The notes below the pieces were generated by a model. The model worked only from the letters and a program-made list of their open reading frames with translations. It ran no database searches and was not told the DNA's origin. A DNA stretch of 40,402 nucleotides from a virus (lineage: Duplodnaviria > Heunggongvirae > Uroviricota > Caudoviricetes): the IMG/VR virus record IMGVR_UViG_2529292883_000006, one strand, 5' to 3'. This document shows, one piece after another, positions 27,818-37,818 of this stretch; within the stretch, counting starts at the first letter, position 1, and every line of letters begins with the position of its first letter. The translations under genes were made by a program, and so were the position numbers.

Positions 27818-28449
27818 AACTTCCGGAGATCCCTGAACTCCCGCTCCCCACCTGGATGAATAAAGGCGAGCCGTTAACGCTGGCACATTCATCGCATCGC
27901 TACTGGGAAAAGGTATACAGCTGGCTGACGTGGCCACTACAGCAGATTGATGTCGACACCTGCGCAGAGCCTTTACTTAACCTGCTGGCTTATCAGCGCA
28001 ATATCACCCGATTTAAAGGTGAGCCGGTTTCGTTATTTCGCTTAAGAGTGAAACACGCGTTTATTAACGCTCAGGACTCTGGCGAACGCGCCGGCTTCGA
28101 ACGCATCTTTAAGCGTCTTGGCGTGGGAGACGTTAAAACACTGGAACGGCAACTGCAGCATGACTGGGACGTTATTTTACTGCGCATTAATGACACCCAG
28201 TTAAGTGAAAACAACGCGCTGATGATGCAGCTCGTGCGCCAGTATGGTCGTACCTGCAGGCGCTATTTCTTTCAGGTAATCAATACAACCACTGCCCGGC
28301 TGACAGCCGGCACATTCGATGGCCATTACAGGTATCACACAGCAGAAGCAACGGTGAGAAAGGACACCATCTGGTTAACCGCTTCGCTACAGGCAGGACA
28401 TTACGGCCTGTCCGTGGAACATTACACATTACAGGCAGATGAAGCATGA
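27814..28449 (+). CDS. Putative baseplate/tail protein (gpI-like)
   Basis: 211 aa, coupled between the J-like gene and the tail fibre gene. Confidence 0.45.
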   Translation: MKLPEIPELPLPTWMNKGEPLTLAHSSHRYWEKVYSWLTWPLQQIDVDTCAEPLLNLLAYQRNITRFKGEPVSLFRLRVKHAFINAQDSGERAGFERIFKRLGVGDVKTLERQLQHDWDVILLRINDTQLSENNALMMQLVRQYGRTCRRYFFQVINTTTARLTAGTFDGHYRYHTAEATVRKDTIWLTASLQAGHYGLSVEHYTLQADEA

Positions 28450-30146
28450 GCACGATTATTACTGAACAGTACGAACACTGGTGCGCAAATCAAATCATCA
28501 GTGGAAAACCTGCGCGCCCGGATACATTTGTTTTTGCATATATTCCGGGACAGGATGAATCCGCAGAGATCCCCCGCGATGAGATACTCCCTGATGAATC
28601 CATGATTCAGTATCGTGCGCCGGTCACCCAGTACGGCCTCCTGTCGCCGAACGCGACCGCGTTTTCCATCATTCTGGACACGACAGTCGGCGACTTCGAA
28701 TACAACTGGATCGGTCTGCTGAACGAAGAAAGCGGCGTGCTCTGCATGATTGCACACACACCTCGTCAGCAAAAAATTAAAACAGCGAACGGCGTGCAGG
28801 GAAACAACCTGATCCGCACATTTTCCATGGAGTTTGACGGCGCAGCCGCAGCAATGCATATCGATGTCAGTGCTGATGTCTGGCAGATTGATTTCACTGC
28901 ACGCCTTGCAGGAATGGATGAGGCCCGCCGGCTGCTGGCGTTTGATCACTACGGTGAAGCCGCTTTTCTGGGGGATGGTTTTCAGGTCAGCTATCAGGAT
29001 GGTACCGCTACTGTTGCCGCCGGCGTGGGTTATGTGGGAGGTCTGCGCATCAGTCTGCGCGAACCTTACAGCCTGCCGGCTGCGGTCGGGGATACCCTCT
29101 GGATTGATGCAAGCTGGCAGGGATTTGTTACCGGCGAATGGAATACCGTTTTTACGTTCTGCGCCCGCCAGGAACATGCGTCCTATACAGACGGTAACGG
29201 CTTCCGACACTTTGTCGCGCCACTTGCGAAACTGACATCAGAAGGCTTACAGGATTTACGTCCACAGACGCCCGATGAAGAACAAAGCAATGCACTGGCA
29301 GAGCACGAAAAATCCCGCCGTCATCCGGACGCAACACTGAAGGAGAAAGGCTTTGCGCAGTACAGCAACTCCACCGACAGCGACGCAGAAGACCGCGCCG
29401 CCACATCAAAGGCAGTAAAAGCCGCAATGGATAAGGCAAAAGGCGCTGTTGAGCGTGACGGCGACACCATGACCGGGGAACTGAAAATCCGTAGTGTTAA
29501 TGCACTGAGGATTTTCAACGAAGCTTTTGGCCTGATTTTTCGTCGTTCTGAAGAGTGCCTGCATCTTATTCCCACCCGGGAAAATCAGGGCGAAAACGGC
29601 GATATTGGCCCCCTGCGTCCGTTCACTATTAATTTGCGGACGGGTGAAATATCCATGTCGCATAAAGTGTCTGTTGGTGGCGGTTCTCAGGTGAATGGTG
29701 CGCTGGGTATCGGCGTTCAGAATGCGCTGGGCGGAAACTCAATTGCTTTCGGGGATAACGATACCGGCCTGAAACAGAATGGTGACGGCCTGCTGGATGT
29801 TTATGCCAATGGTCAGCACGTATTCCGTTTTCAGAATGGCGCGTTACAAAGTAACCGGGCAGTGAATGTTTCAGGGCGGGTAACACCGTCAGACTACGGA
29901 AACTTTGATGCCCGTTACCAGACCAAAACAGGCGGCGTGCAGGATGTGCGTTATGGTTCCGAAATGTATTACAACCCGGGAGGTAACCAGATATCCTGGA
30001 CATTTCGCTCACCTTCAGGCCATGGATTATCTGGTATTAATGTGCAGGAAACCGGAAGTAATTCGGCAGATAACATCGGCGGCGTGTATTACCGACCGCT
30101 TCAGAAACTGATTAACGGCACCTGGTATAACGTGGCGAGTGTTTAA
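28446..30146 (+). CDS. Tail fibre protein 1
   Basis: 566 aa with a Gly-rich C-terminal region, followed by a tail-fibre assembly chaperone. Its N-terminal ~150 aa is shared with the 30707-31903 protein. Confidence 0.7.
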   Translation: MSTIITEQYEHWCANQIISGKPARPDTFVFAYIPGQDESAEIPRDEILPDESMIQYRAPVTQYGLLSPNATAFSIILDTTVGDFEYNWIGLLNEESGVLCMIAHTPRQQKIKTANGVQGNNLIRTFSMEFDGAAAAMHIDVSADVWQIDFTARLAGMDEARRLLAFDHYGEAAFLGDGFQVSYQDGTATVAAGVGYVGGLRISLREPYSLPAAVGDTLWIDASWQGFVTGEWNTVFTFCARQEHASYTDGNGFRHFVAPLAKLTSEGLQDLRPQTPDEEQSNALAEHEKSRRHPDATLKEKGFAQYSNSTDSDAEDRAATSKAVKAAMDKAKGAVERDGDTMTGELKIRSVNALRIFNEAFGLIFRRSEECLHLIPTRENQGENGDIGPLRPFTINLRTGEISMSHKVSVGGGSQVNGALGIGVQNALGGNSIAFGDNDTGLKQNGDGLLDVYANGQHVFRFQNGALQSNRAVNVSGRVTPSDYGNFDARYQTKTGGVQDVRYGSEMYYNPGGNQISWTFRSPSGHGLSGINVQETGSNSADNIGGVYYRPLQKLINGTWYNVASV

Positions 30147-30148
30147 CA

Positions 30149-30700
30149 ATGTTGCATTTAAAAAATATTACTGCGGGCAATCCGAAAACAGCAGAACAAT
30201 ATCAGATGACAAAACAATATGATGTCACCTGGCTTTTTTCGGAAGACGACAAAAACTGGTATGAAGAACAGAAGAACTTTGCCAGCGACACAATAAAAAT
30301 GGTTTACACCGGGGACGGGCGCGTGGTGTGGGTCGGTAAGGATGTGACAGGCATTGAACCCCGTAACGCCAGTGTTATTGAAGTTCCGGATATTACCGCT
30401 AATCGCCGTATTACCGCGCCTGGTTACTGGTTTTACCGCGATGGCAATTTTATCTTCGACTACAAACTTAAAGCGGAAGATGAGCGTGATGCACTGTTAA
30501 AACAGGCCAGCATCATGACCAGCGAATGGGAAAAAGACCTGCTGCTGGGATTAATCAGCGACGAAGACAGGGAGAAATTGAAAGCCTGCCGTATTTATAC
30601 AAAAACGTTACGGGAGATGACATTCAGCCAGGTTACAGATAAAGCATCGTATGCCGCGATTGTATGGCCAGAATTACCGCAGAACATTAGCGAGAATTAA
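30149..30700 (+). CDS. Tail fibre assembly chaperone (Tfa/gpG-like)
   Basis: 183 aa. The C-terminal region DERDALLKQASIMTSEWEKDLLLGLISDEDREKLKACRIYTKTLREM...WPELP is characteristic of Tfa chaperones. Confidence 0.7.
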   Translation: MLHLKNITAGNPKTAEQYQMTKQYDVTWLFSEDDKNWYEEQKNFASDTIKMVYTGDGRVVWVGKDVTGIEPRNASVIEVPDITANRRITAPGYWFYRDGNFIFDYKLKAEDERDALLKQASIMTSEWEKDLLLGLISDEDREKLKACRIYTKTLREMTFSQVTDKASYAAIVWPELPQNISEN

Positions 30701-30706
30701 GAAGTA

Positions 30707-31903
30707 ATGAGCGCACTGTTGACGAAAGCATTTGAAAAGTGGGTTGCTGAATGCACAGCCAGTAATTTACCTGCACGCCCTGACACTATTATTTTTGCCC
30801 TGATGGAGCGGGAACCAACGCGCGAAGATAATACCGTTCCGGAAGAAAAAATCACATATGCTGTGAATGAACTGACCTACGGCCAGTTAAGCCAGAACAA
30901 TATTGTGTGTAGCGCGGTCGTTCCTGATGACTGCGCATTCAGCTATGACTGGATTTGCCTCATCCATCAGCCCAGCGGAACACTATGCGGCGTAATAAAA
31001 ACGCCTGTTCGTCAGAAACATGTTGGCGAGTCACTGGTCAGGAATTTCACGATTACTTATCAGGGCGTGGCTCAGGCTGCGCAGATTACCGTTCCTCCAC
31101 AAAGCTGGCAGGTAGATATTTCTCCTGAACTGAAATCAATGCTGAAAATCCCTAACCGCTTGTCAGAAATTGCGGCAGAAGGCGAAGAGGCGCAACAGGA
31201 GTCCCGCGATAATCTGGGACTGAAAAGCGCCGCCACAATGGAGCCACAGAGTGATATTTATGACCGGACGGAAGGCCGACTGGCGATACCGGGGACACTG
31301 GGTTTTGGTGAAATTTTTCATATTAATGACAGGATTAGCTTTGACACCAGAGCCGAATTTGATACCTGGATAAGAGGCGCAAAACCGGGGCGTTATCTGG
31401 TTTATGCAAACCCCGACATAGTGATACCCAAAGTGCTATTCAGTGGAATTCTTGAAATTATCTGGGCTTCAGCTTTAACTACTACAACTAACGGCGTAAA
31501 CAAGATTTATTTTTTTTACAGTGTTAATGGTGCGGTTTATTACGCCCGTGGCACTTCTACTGTCCCGGCATGGGAACTCTGGAGACGAACAGATAAGGAA
31601 TTAATTGATTTTTTGTCCGGTACAGTTTATTCCGACGGGCTGAATGCATCACCGGAGGCTGGCGGTATTGTTCAGGCAGCATTTCGTTATCAGGATAAGC
31701 CCGGAGGATACACCCTGAAGCGAGGTGATGCTTTAAGTGGTTCACTTCTGAAGCCATATATAATTACAGTCGATGAAAGTGGCGAACAGACTCTTCATAT
31801 TAAAGAGGAACATACGTTTCCCGGATATTACTGGAGTCTGACCTCCTATCCGTGGCTGAAAACGAGTGATTATATTCTGGGAATATTTATAAGGTATCGT
31901 TAA
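30707..31903 (+). CDS. Tail fibre protein 2 (paralogous N-terminal domain)
   Basis: 398 aa. The N-terminus (...WVAECTASNLPARPDTIIFAL...) parallels fibre 1 (...WCANQIISGKPARPDTFVFAY...). Confidence 0.6.
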   Translation: MSALLTKAFEKWVAECTASNLPARPDTIIFALMEREPTREDNTVPEEKITYAVNELTYGQLSQNNIVCSAVVPDDCAFSYDWICLIHQPSGTLCGVIKTPVRQKHVGESLVRNFTITYQGVAQAAQITVPPQSWQVDISPELKSMLKIPNRLSEIAAEGEEAQQESRDNLGLKSAATMEPQSDIYDRTEGRLAIPGTLGFGEIFHINDRISFDTRAEFDTWIRGAKPGRYLVYANPDIVIPKVLFSGILEIIWASALTTTTNGVNKIYFFYSVNGAVYYARGTSTVPAWELWRRTDKELIDFLSGTVYSDGLNASPEAGGIVQAAFRYQDKPGGYTLKRGDALSGSLLKPYIITVDESGEQTLHIKEEHTFPGYYWSLTSYPWLKTSDYILGIFIRYR

Positions 31904-32475
31904 TGAACATTACAGATATAAAAAATCCTGTCAGCCTTGAACACGGGGCGATAAATTGCGAAATATTATTTGACGATATGGAGGAATATGTTCCCTATAC
32001 CGCGACACCGACAGACAGCGATAAAACGGGGAAGCAGGTATGGCAGGAGCTACAAAGCGGTAAATGGGGTGAAATCGCCCCGTTCATCGTCACGCCGGAA
32101 CTTATTTCGGCAGCGAAGAATGCCAAAAAGCGGGAAATTGAGGCGTGGCGTACAGAACAGGAAGCGCAGCCGTTCACGTTCGAATGGAACGGTCGCACCT
32201 GGAATGCTGGCCCCGACTCAATGGCTCGCCTTTATCCGGTGGTAATGGCTGCGAAATCCGATACGGCGCGTGACGTGATGACGTGGGGTGACGCCGATAA
32301 TCAGCAGGTGAAGCTGTCGATGTTAAAGCTTGAAGAGCTGGCTACAGCAATGGCACAGGCGCAACTGAACCGCAACGATGAAATTTATCGACGTCAGCGA
32401 CAGATGAAGGACGTGCTGGATGGCCTGAATAATCTTGCCGACATCCGCGCTTTTCAGGCTGGAGAGTCAGAATGA
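31903..32475 (+). CDS. Putative tail fibre chaperone / fibre-associated protein for the second cassette
   Basis: 190 aa, translationally coupled to fibre 2. Assignment by position. Confidence 0.35.
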   Translation: MNITDIKNPVSLEHGAINCEILFDDMEEYVPYTATPTDSDKTGKQVWQELQSGKWGEIAPFIVTPELISAAKNAKKREIEAWRTEQEAQPFTFEWNGRTWNAGPDSMARLYPVVMAAKSDTARDVMTWGDADNQQVKLSMLKLEELATAMAQAQLNRNDEIYRRQRQMKDVLDGLNNLADIRAFQAGESE

Positions 32476-33185
32476 AATGGGAAAAGGCAATTCTGCGCCC
32501 GTCAGCCATGAACATTAAATGTTCAGTGGTTTGCCTTCATCCATGGTCAGAGAATACCGGAAACATCACACCATCGGGGCGTTATCTCAGCCCCGAAAAT
32601 GCTGTATCTGCACTTTTACCCTATCTGAAAGAAAGCACAGAAAAGGACATTGTGGCGCTGTTATTTTGCGCCCCTTCTGCTGGCGAGTTTTTATCACTCG
32701 CCAGGCAATTTTCAGGCGCTTTTCCGTTGCCAGAGGTGGGGCGAATGTCCCGCATGATTTCCAGTCAACTTTCACTGGCCATCAGCAGAATGCAAATCCC
32801 CGCCAGACCGGCAACATCACTTCCGGAACCGATAATGCTGTCGACACAGACCACTCGCAGCATGTCGCTGGCAGCAACCATTGCACAGGCAGCCACTCCT
32901 GCCGCCACATCACCGGAAACATTGTCATCATTACTGCGTCAGTTCATGAATGCGAGAGATAAAGCCTTACAGGAAATCGCTGATCAGCAGGCTGCACTCC
33001 GGCAAAAATTTTGCCCGGTGTGGCGCTTTTGCTACAAGGGAGCCCTTAGCCAGGCCGAAGTGCTGATACAAAAAAACATCCCACACCCCGAGTGGGTTTT
33101 TACAGCTGTGATGCTGTTCGTCGGCGATAATCTCTCATCACTAAGGGAAGCACTACATGACCCAGATGATTGTCCTTGCGCTTGA
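32472..33185 (+). CDS. Hypothetical protein in tail operon
   Basis: 237-aa coupled ORF. No recognisable family. Confidence 0.4.
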   Translation: MKWEKAILRPSAMNIKCSVVCLHPWSENTGNITPSGRYLSPENAVSALLPYLKESTEKDIVALLFCAPSAGEFLSLARQFSGAFPLPEVGRMSRMISSQLSLAISRMQIPARPATSLPEPIMLSTQTTRSMSLAATIAQAATPAATSPETLSSLLRQFMNARDKALQEIADQQAALRQKFCPVWRFCYKGALSQAEVLIQKNIPHPEWVFTAVMLFVGDNLSSLREALHDPDDCPCA

Positions 33186-33732
33186 CGGGGAAGCCATTCT
33201 GCTGCGCAACATCACCGTCAGCGCCACCATGCAACTACCGGACAAAGATATGTCCGGACAGTCAACCAGCACCACGAGCGCCCAGCAGGGAAACAAGGCT
33301 AAAGAGCTGCGCGTGTCGGGGGTTATTGATTTTAACGATGAAGCTATTCTGACCCGTATTTTTCAGCTTGCGGAGGCAACAGAAAGCAACGGTGCTAAAA
33401 AAACATATCGCATTGCTAACGCTACCGCGAAGGCAATCAATATGCGACAGGGGGTATTTTCTGGTGGCATTGATGCCACGGAACAACAGGGAAAAATGCA
33501 CTGGCAGATCACCTTTACTCTCAGGGAAAAATTAAGCGTGCCAGAGAAAGCATCCGCACGCAGCGGTTCGCAGAAAACCATCGCCAGACAGCAGACCCAG
33601 AATGGCAGCGAACAGGCACCAGACAAAGGCATGAATACGCAAAGTTCGTTCTGGAAAAAAATCAATGATGCCGTTGGCTCTGGTCTGGATGCTGTTGGCA
33701 TCGGGAGCGTGAAAGAGGAAGGGAAAACATGA
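33157..33732 (+). CDS. Hypothetical tail-associated protein
   Basis: 191-aa ORF coupled to the downstream hub-like gene. Confidence 0.4.
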   Translation: MTQMIVLALDGEAILLRNITVSATMQLPDKDMSGQSTSTTSAQQGNKAKELRVSGVIDFNDEAILTRIFQLAEATESNGAKKTYRIANATAKAINMRQGVFSGGIDATEQQGKMHWQITFTLREKLSVPEKASARSGSQKTIARQQTQNGSEQAPDKGMNTQSSFWKKINDAVGSGLDAVGIGSVKEEGKT

Positions 33733-35426
33733 AATTAATACAACGCTGCATGATTAATGGCGAACGGGTGGAAATTGCCGATATAAACCTTGTTCTTACC
33801 CTGAATGCTGCCGGTCGTGGCTTCATTTCTGTTAACAATCTGTCACCAGAAAAAAGCTTTGCCGGCGCAATGGTACAAATTGACCTCGGCCGTGACGGTG
33901 AAGCATGGCGCTATTTCTCCGGCTACATTGAGCGCGATCAACCTGCTGAAAATGGCTCACGTCGTCTTTTTATCCGCGAAGCAGCTGCGGTGCTGGATTT
34001 TGATTTCCCTTGCTCCATGCAACACCCGACATTGCGGGGGGTGCTCGATAATCTGGGGCGACAAAGCGGTATCGTTTTTATCACTCCGGATGCAGATTAT
34101 TCCAGCATACCAACTCCCTATATCACCCACAGCGGCAGCGGGACGCAGTTACTTAGCCAGCTGGGGCGTGCATTCAGAATCAGCGATTACGTCTGGCACC
34201 CTATGCCGGACGGTTCTGTATTTGTGGGAAGCGCAGCTGATTCACGATTTGCCAGTATTACGATGCCGGATATTCCGCAACAGTACACACTCGGGCAAAG
34301 CGGCGGAAACAGCATCGACATCATGTTTATGGAAACTGTGCGACCGGGCGTGAACCTACCGGCAGGGCGCATTACCCGTGTAGCCCTCAACAACGAGAAA
34401 ATGACCCTGACATGGGAGCGCCTTACCGCCACGGGTAACCCTGTTTCCAAATCACCATTACGCAGACAAATGGAAACACAGTTCCCGGAACTGGCCAGCG
34501 GTACGCTACATACCCGGCTGGCGCGCGTCATTGCGCCAACGGAGCCCACCACCCTGGGCGATGTGGCCGACAGTTTCCGCCCACGCTACGCCGTCGATGT
34601 GCAGTTGCTTGATGAGAACGGCAACGATAAAAGCGACACGCCCGTTTACCCGGCAGTACCGCTCCCCGTCCCCATGGCTGGCAGTGAGGCGGGATGTTAT
34701 GCCTACCCGCCAGCAGGCACCATCGTGGAAATATCCAACATTGAAGGACGTCCGGACAAACCTGTTATCAGGCAAATCTTACCCGCTGGCCATAACCTGC
34801 CTGATGTAAAGCCCGGCGAACAGCTGCAGCAACAGCGCGCAGAAGTGTTTCAGCGCGTCACGACTGACGGAAGCTGGCACAGAGAAACCGATCAGCAAAT
34901 CAGGGAGCATTCAGCCAGACGAACCATTAACAGCGATCAGGAAGAACGCACAACAACAACCAGAACAACAACAGTACAGGCAAACGACATAACCAGCGTT
35001 CTGGGAACCAGCAAAGTAATGGCAGGGCAAATAGAGCACCTTACTACCGGCCATTACGCGATCGCAGCCAGTGAGCATATCCAGATGGTAGCGCAGGATT
35101 TGCTGACCAAACTTAAAGGAGCAACGTCAACGATTGAACGTGACCTTACTGAAAACGTGGGAGGCCGCAGAACATGCAGGGCGGACGGCGGTCTGGAGTT
35201 TACCGCCCCGACAGTATTTATTGGTCGCGGTGGCTCACGGGAAAAATCCGGACTTAATCTGCTTACGTTACTGATTGATATTCTGGATCTGATTCAATTA
35301 CTGGCCACACACACCGCAAACCATACCCATAGCAATACCGGCTCACCAACAAACAGCAGCGAACTTGCCGCAGATGCCCTGCAAGCCACGAGGCTGCGCG
35401 AAAAATACGGCGATATTATCGCCTGA
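33729..35426 (+). CDS. Putative baseplate hub / late control gpD-like tail protein
   Basis: 565 aa, last gene of the tail operon, followed by a strong intrinsic terminator. Function inferred from position and size. Confidence 0.4.
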   Translation: MKLIQRCMINGERVEIADINLVLTLNAAGRGFISVNNLSPEKSFAGAMVQIDLGRDGEAWRYFSGYIERDQPAENGSRRLFIREAAAVLDFDFPCSMQHPTLRGVLDNLGRQSGIVFITPDADYSSIPTPYITHSGSGTQLLSQLGRAFRISDYVWHPMPDGSVFVGSAADSRFASITMPDIPQQYTLGQSGGNSIDIMFMETVRPGVNLPAGRITRVALNNEKMTLTWERLTATGNPVSKSPLRRQMETQFPELASGTLHTRLARVIAPTEPTTLGDVADSFRPRYAVDVQLLDENGNDKSDTPVYPAVPLPVPMAGSEAGCYAYPPAGTIVEISNIEGRPDKPVIRQILPAGHNLPDVKPGEQLQQQRAEVFQRVTTDGSWHRETDQQIREHSARRTINSDQEERTTTTRTTTVQANDITSVLGTSKVMAGQIEHLTTGHYAIAASEHIQMVAQDLLTKLKGATSTIERDLTENVGGRRTCRADGGLEFTAPTVFIGRGGSREKSGLNLLTLLIDILDLIQLLATHTANHTHSNTGSPTNSSELAADALQATRLREKYGDIIA

Positions 35427-35463
35427 TCACCAGACATAAAAGCCACATAAGCGCCCATCACAC

Positions 35464-35490
35464 AACGCACGGCACCGGCCGTGCGTTTTT
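35464..35490 (+). terminator. Rho-independent terminator of the tail operon
   Basis: 10-bp stem aacgcacggc / gccgtgcgtt with an accg loop, followed by tttt. Confidence 0.6.
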
Positions 35491-36099
35491 CGTATCTGCC
35501 ACCTGATTAATGCGTTCTGCGTGCCATTCTGGCGCTGTATGCACACACTGCGTAAACGGTGTAACGTAAAGCGTGAGGTGACGTAAACCGCGCTACCCCC
35601 TCCAACCCGCGGGTTTTGTCTCGAAACACTTTTTCAGTTTTCTGCCGTGCAAAAATGACCGCCAGCCCGCGCAGCAACTGAGGGAAAAGCGAAGATCTGA
35701 AATTTCACGTTTTGAAATTTTTTGCAGTTTTCAGAGGGATTTTTACGATCTCATGAATGGCAGGAGAAAGAAAACAGGCTGATATTAAAAGAGTTTTTAT
35801 ACTTTACGTGGGACAAGACACGATCGCGAAAGGATCGCGTTAAACAACCCTCAAACAAAGAAGCCCGACGTAGCGCGGCCTGCGCAAAATCAAGAGTCAG
35901 AATTAAACTGAAAAAAGGATCAATACCGCGCCTCGATAGCACATGACGATCTACGCAGCAACAGGACGAAAAAAACCGGCGCGAACGCCGGCGGAAGCAT
36001 GTATCAAATGCGTGACTGAATAATGTCTGCGGTCGGGAATTTTACATCAGAAGGCTGATAAGTCTCAACGGATTGAAACAAGGGAAAAAACCAGGCTAG

Positions 36100-36460
36100 A
36101 ATTCGCGCGGGTGCCTTTCGGCTGATGGCTGGAGGGAATACCTGAAGGCCGGATGTGGAAAGGCCCCGGAAAACATTTTTGTTTAACCGAGGCCCTAACC
36201 ATCTACCCTAGACAAGTGATAGGTTAGCGCCTCCCCGAAAAAGGAGCAAGCGCTATGTCGCAAAAATCGCTTACGGCCATTACGTTCTGCGTGACGGCAA
36301 TCCTCATCATCTGGATGCTACACGGTTCGCTGTGTGAGATACGGATGAGCTTCTGGGGAGCGGAGTTTGCGGCGTTCTTACAGTGTAAACAGTAAGGAAA
36401 CCGCGACGGGGGAGCAATCCCCCGTCAATCGGTTGCTAAGGTAAGGTCGTAAAGGCACCC
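36100..36460. ncRNA. hok/sok-like type I toxin-antitoxin locus (mRNA with 5'/3' fold-back elements; antisense RNA expected on the minus strand)
   Basis: The 5' element gggtgccttt (36108-36117) is exactly complementary to the 3' element aaaggcaccc (36451-36460), as in hok mRNA fold-back inhibition. A GC hairpin lies at 36405-36426. Confidence 0.45.
36255..36395 (+). CDS. hok: Hok/Gef-family membrane toxin (46 aa)
   Basis: Translation MSQKSLTAITFCVTAILIIWMLHGSLCEIRMSFWGAEFAAFLQCKQ has the N-terminal TM helix and SLCEIR...AAF motif of Hok/Gef. AGGAG RBS. Confidence 0.65.
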   Translation: MSQKSLTAITFCVTAILIIWMLHGSLCEIRMSFWGAEFAAFLQCKQ

Positions 36461-36593
36461 TATCTTCTAACATATGAGTGGAAAATCCTACGGGGAAAAA
36501 TGTAAACCTCGTCCTTGCCCACTCATAAGAAGAAATTATCATTTCACTATTCGATTTTCAAAGAATCAATGTAGGTAAAAAGAAGATAGCTAT

Positions 36594-37166
36594 ATGACTA
36601 AATATATTTTTGCTCTTTATTTTATATTATTTGGTAATACGAAACATCTATTCGAATGCTGGAAAGTTGAAGTCATCCGTCGCGATCGATTTTTAATTCA
36701 TCGCCTACTAAGAGAGAAGAGATCACGCTCAAGAAAATACATCTTCTGGTGGAGACTTGCAAATGAAATGTTTATCCATGGCGGGAAATATACAAAAAAA
36801 GCAGCGAAGAAAATCAACCGCAAATTACTCAGTGAATACAGCTGTGATCTTGGTCTAGGGCTGACCGTTGGCAAGGGTCTGACAATTATCCATCACACGG
36901 GCATCGTTGTTACCAGTACGGCAATCATTGGAGAAAATCTGACCATCAGACAAAATACAACCATTGGTCGTAGTCAATCGGATAATGAACACGATAGAAT
37001 AACAATTGGCAATAACGTTGATATTGGCGCCCACTCATTCATTCTGGGCTCTGGTTTTAAAATTGGAGATAATGTCAAGATCGGGGCAATGTCATTTATC
37101 ATGGATGAAATTCCTTCAAACTGTACTTATGTCACCCGGAAAGAATCAAGGATAATATCTAAGTAA
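36594..37166 (+). CDS. Hexapeptide-repeat acetyltransferase (serine O-acetyltransferase / CysE-like left-handed beta-helix)
   Basis: Repeated [LIV]-G-x4 hexapeptides (GLTVGKGLTIIHHTGIVVTSTAIIGENLTI...IGNNVDIGAHSFILGSGFKIGDNVKIGAMSFI). AT-rich relative to the prophage core. Confidence 0.7.
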   Translation: MTKYIFALYFILFGNTKHLFECWKVEVIRRDRFLIHRLLREKRSRSRKYIFWWRLANEMFIHGGKYTKKAAKKINRKLLSEYSCDLGLGLTVGKGLTIIHHTGIVVTSTAIIGENLTIRQNTTIGRSQSDNEHDRITIGNNVDIGAHSFILGSGFKIGDNVKIGAMSFIMDEIPSNCTYVTRKESRIISK

Positions 37167-37287
37167 AATTAAAACTCAACCAATTACCACAAAAAACGCA
37201 GCGTAAAATCATGTGTTTACTTTTTGCCCCCTTGAGGGGGCATTTAAATATCAACAACATTCACAAAAACGAACTAATAAAACGAAA

Positions 37288-37604
37288 TCACTCCCCATTC
37301 TCCCGCTTCCATTGCTGGATCATTTCATCGGTGACATCACTCCCATAACATATCACGTTATATCCTCCACTACGACTATATGCACTGCGCCACCACATCT
37401 ACTACCATTCCTTGCATAATTATAAGGACACGCACAATTACCTGGATACGATTCAATAGATTCTTTAATTATTTCTTTCTTGATCTGAGCGTCAGACTTT
37501 TCAGTTGCCGCATATCCACCAAAAGACACCAAACAAAGGCAGATTACTATTAATAAACCACATCGCATACAGATACTCTCTATCAATAACCAATCACAAA
37601 TCAC
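37288..37604 (-). pseudogene. Small Cys-rich secreted protein with apparent frameshift
   Basis: The 37353-37604 ORF has a signal-peptide-like N-terminus and Cys-rich motif (GNCACPYNYARNGSRCGG). A second frame starting at the GG stays open to 37288 (RSAYSRSGGYNVICYGSDVTDEMIQQWKRENGE). Confidence 0.35.
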
Positions 37605-37818
37605 CTCATAAATTGATATGAGGAGTGCAACGCCTTAAGCAGGAAGACGCAACCTCGATAATATGCAGTGCAATTCAACAAAAAAAGAACTATATCAAAG
37701 AGATAGCACCCTTATCAGTGCTGCAAACACTAGCGTTTGCAGCAACAAAAAACAACAAATCAGTCGAAATGTGGACACTATGTGGACGCTGATTAAATAA
37801 TCCTTTCCTAATCAACAA

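Noticed and set aside
28422-29210. 262-aa minus-strand ORF inside tail fibre gene 1
   Set aside because: Antisense to a well-supported structural gene. Cys-rich chance frame.
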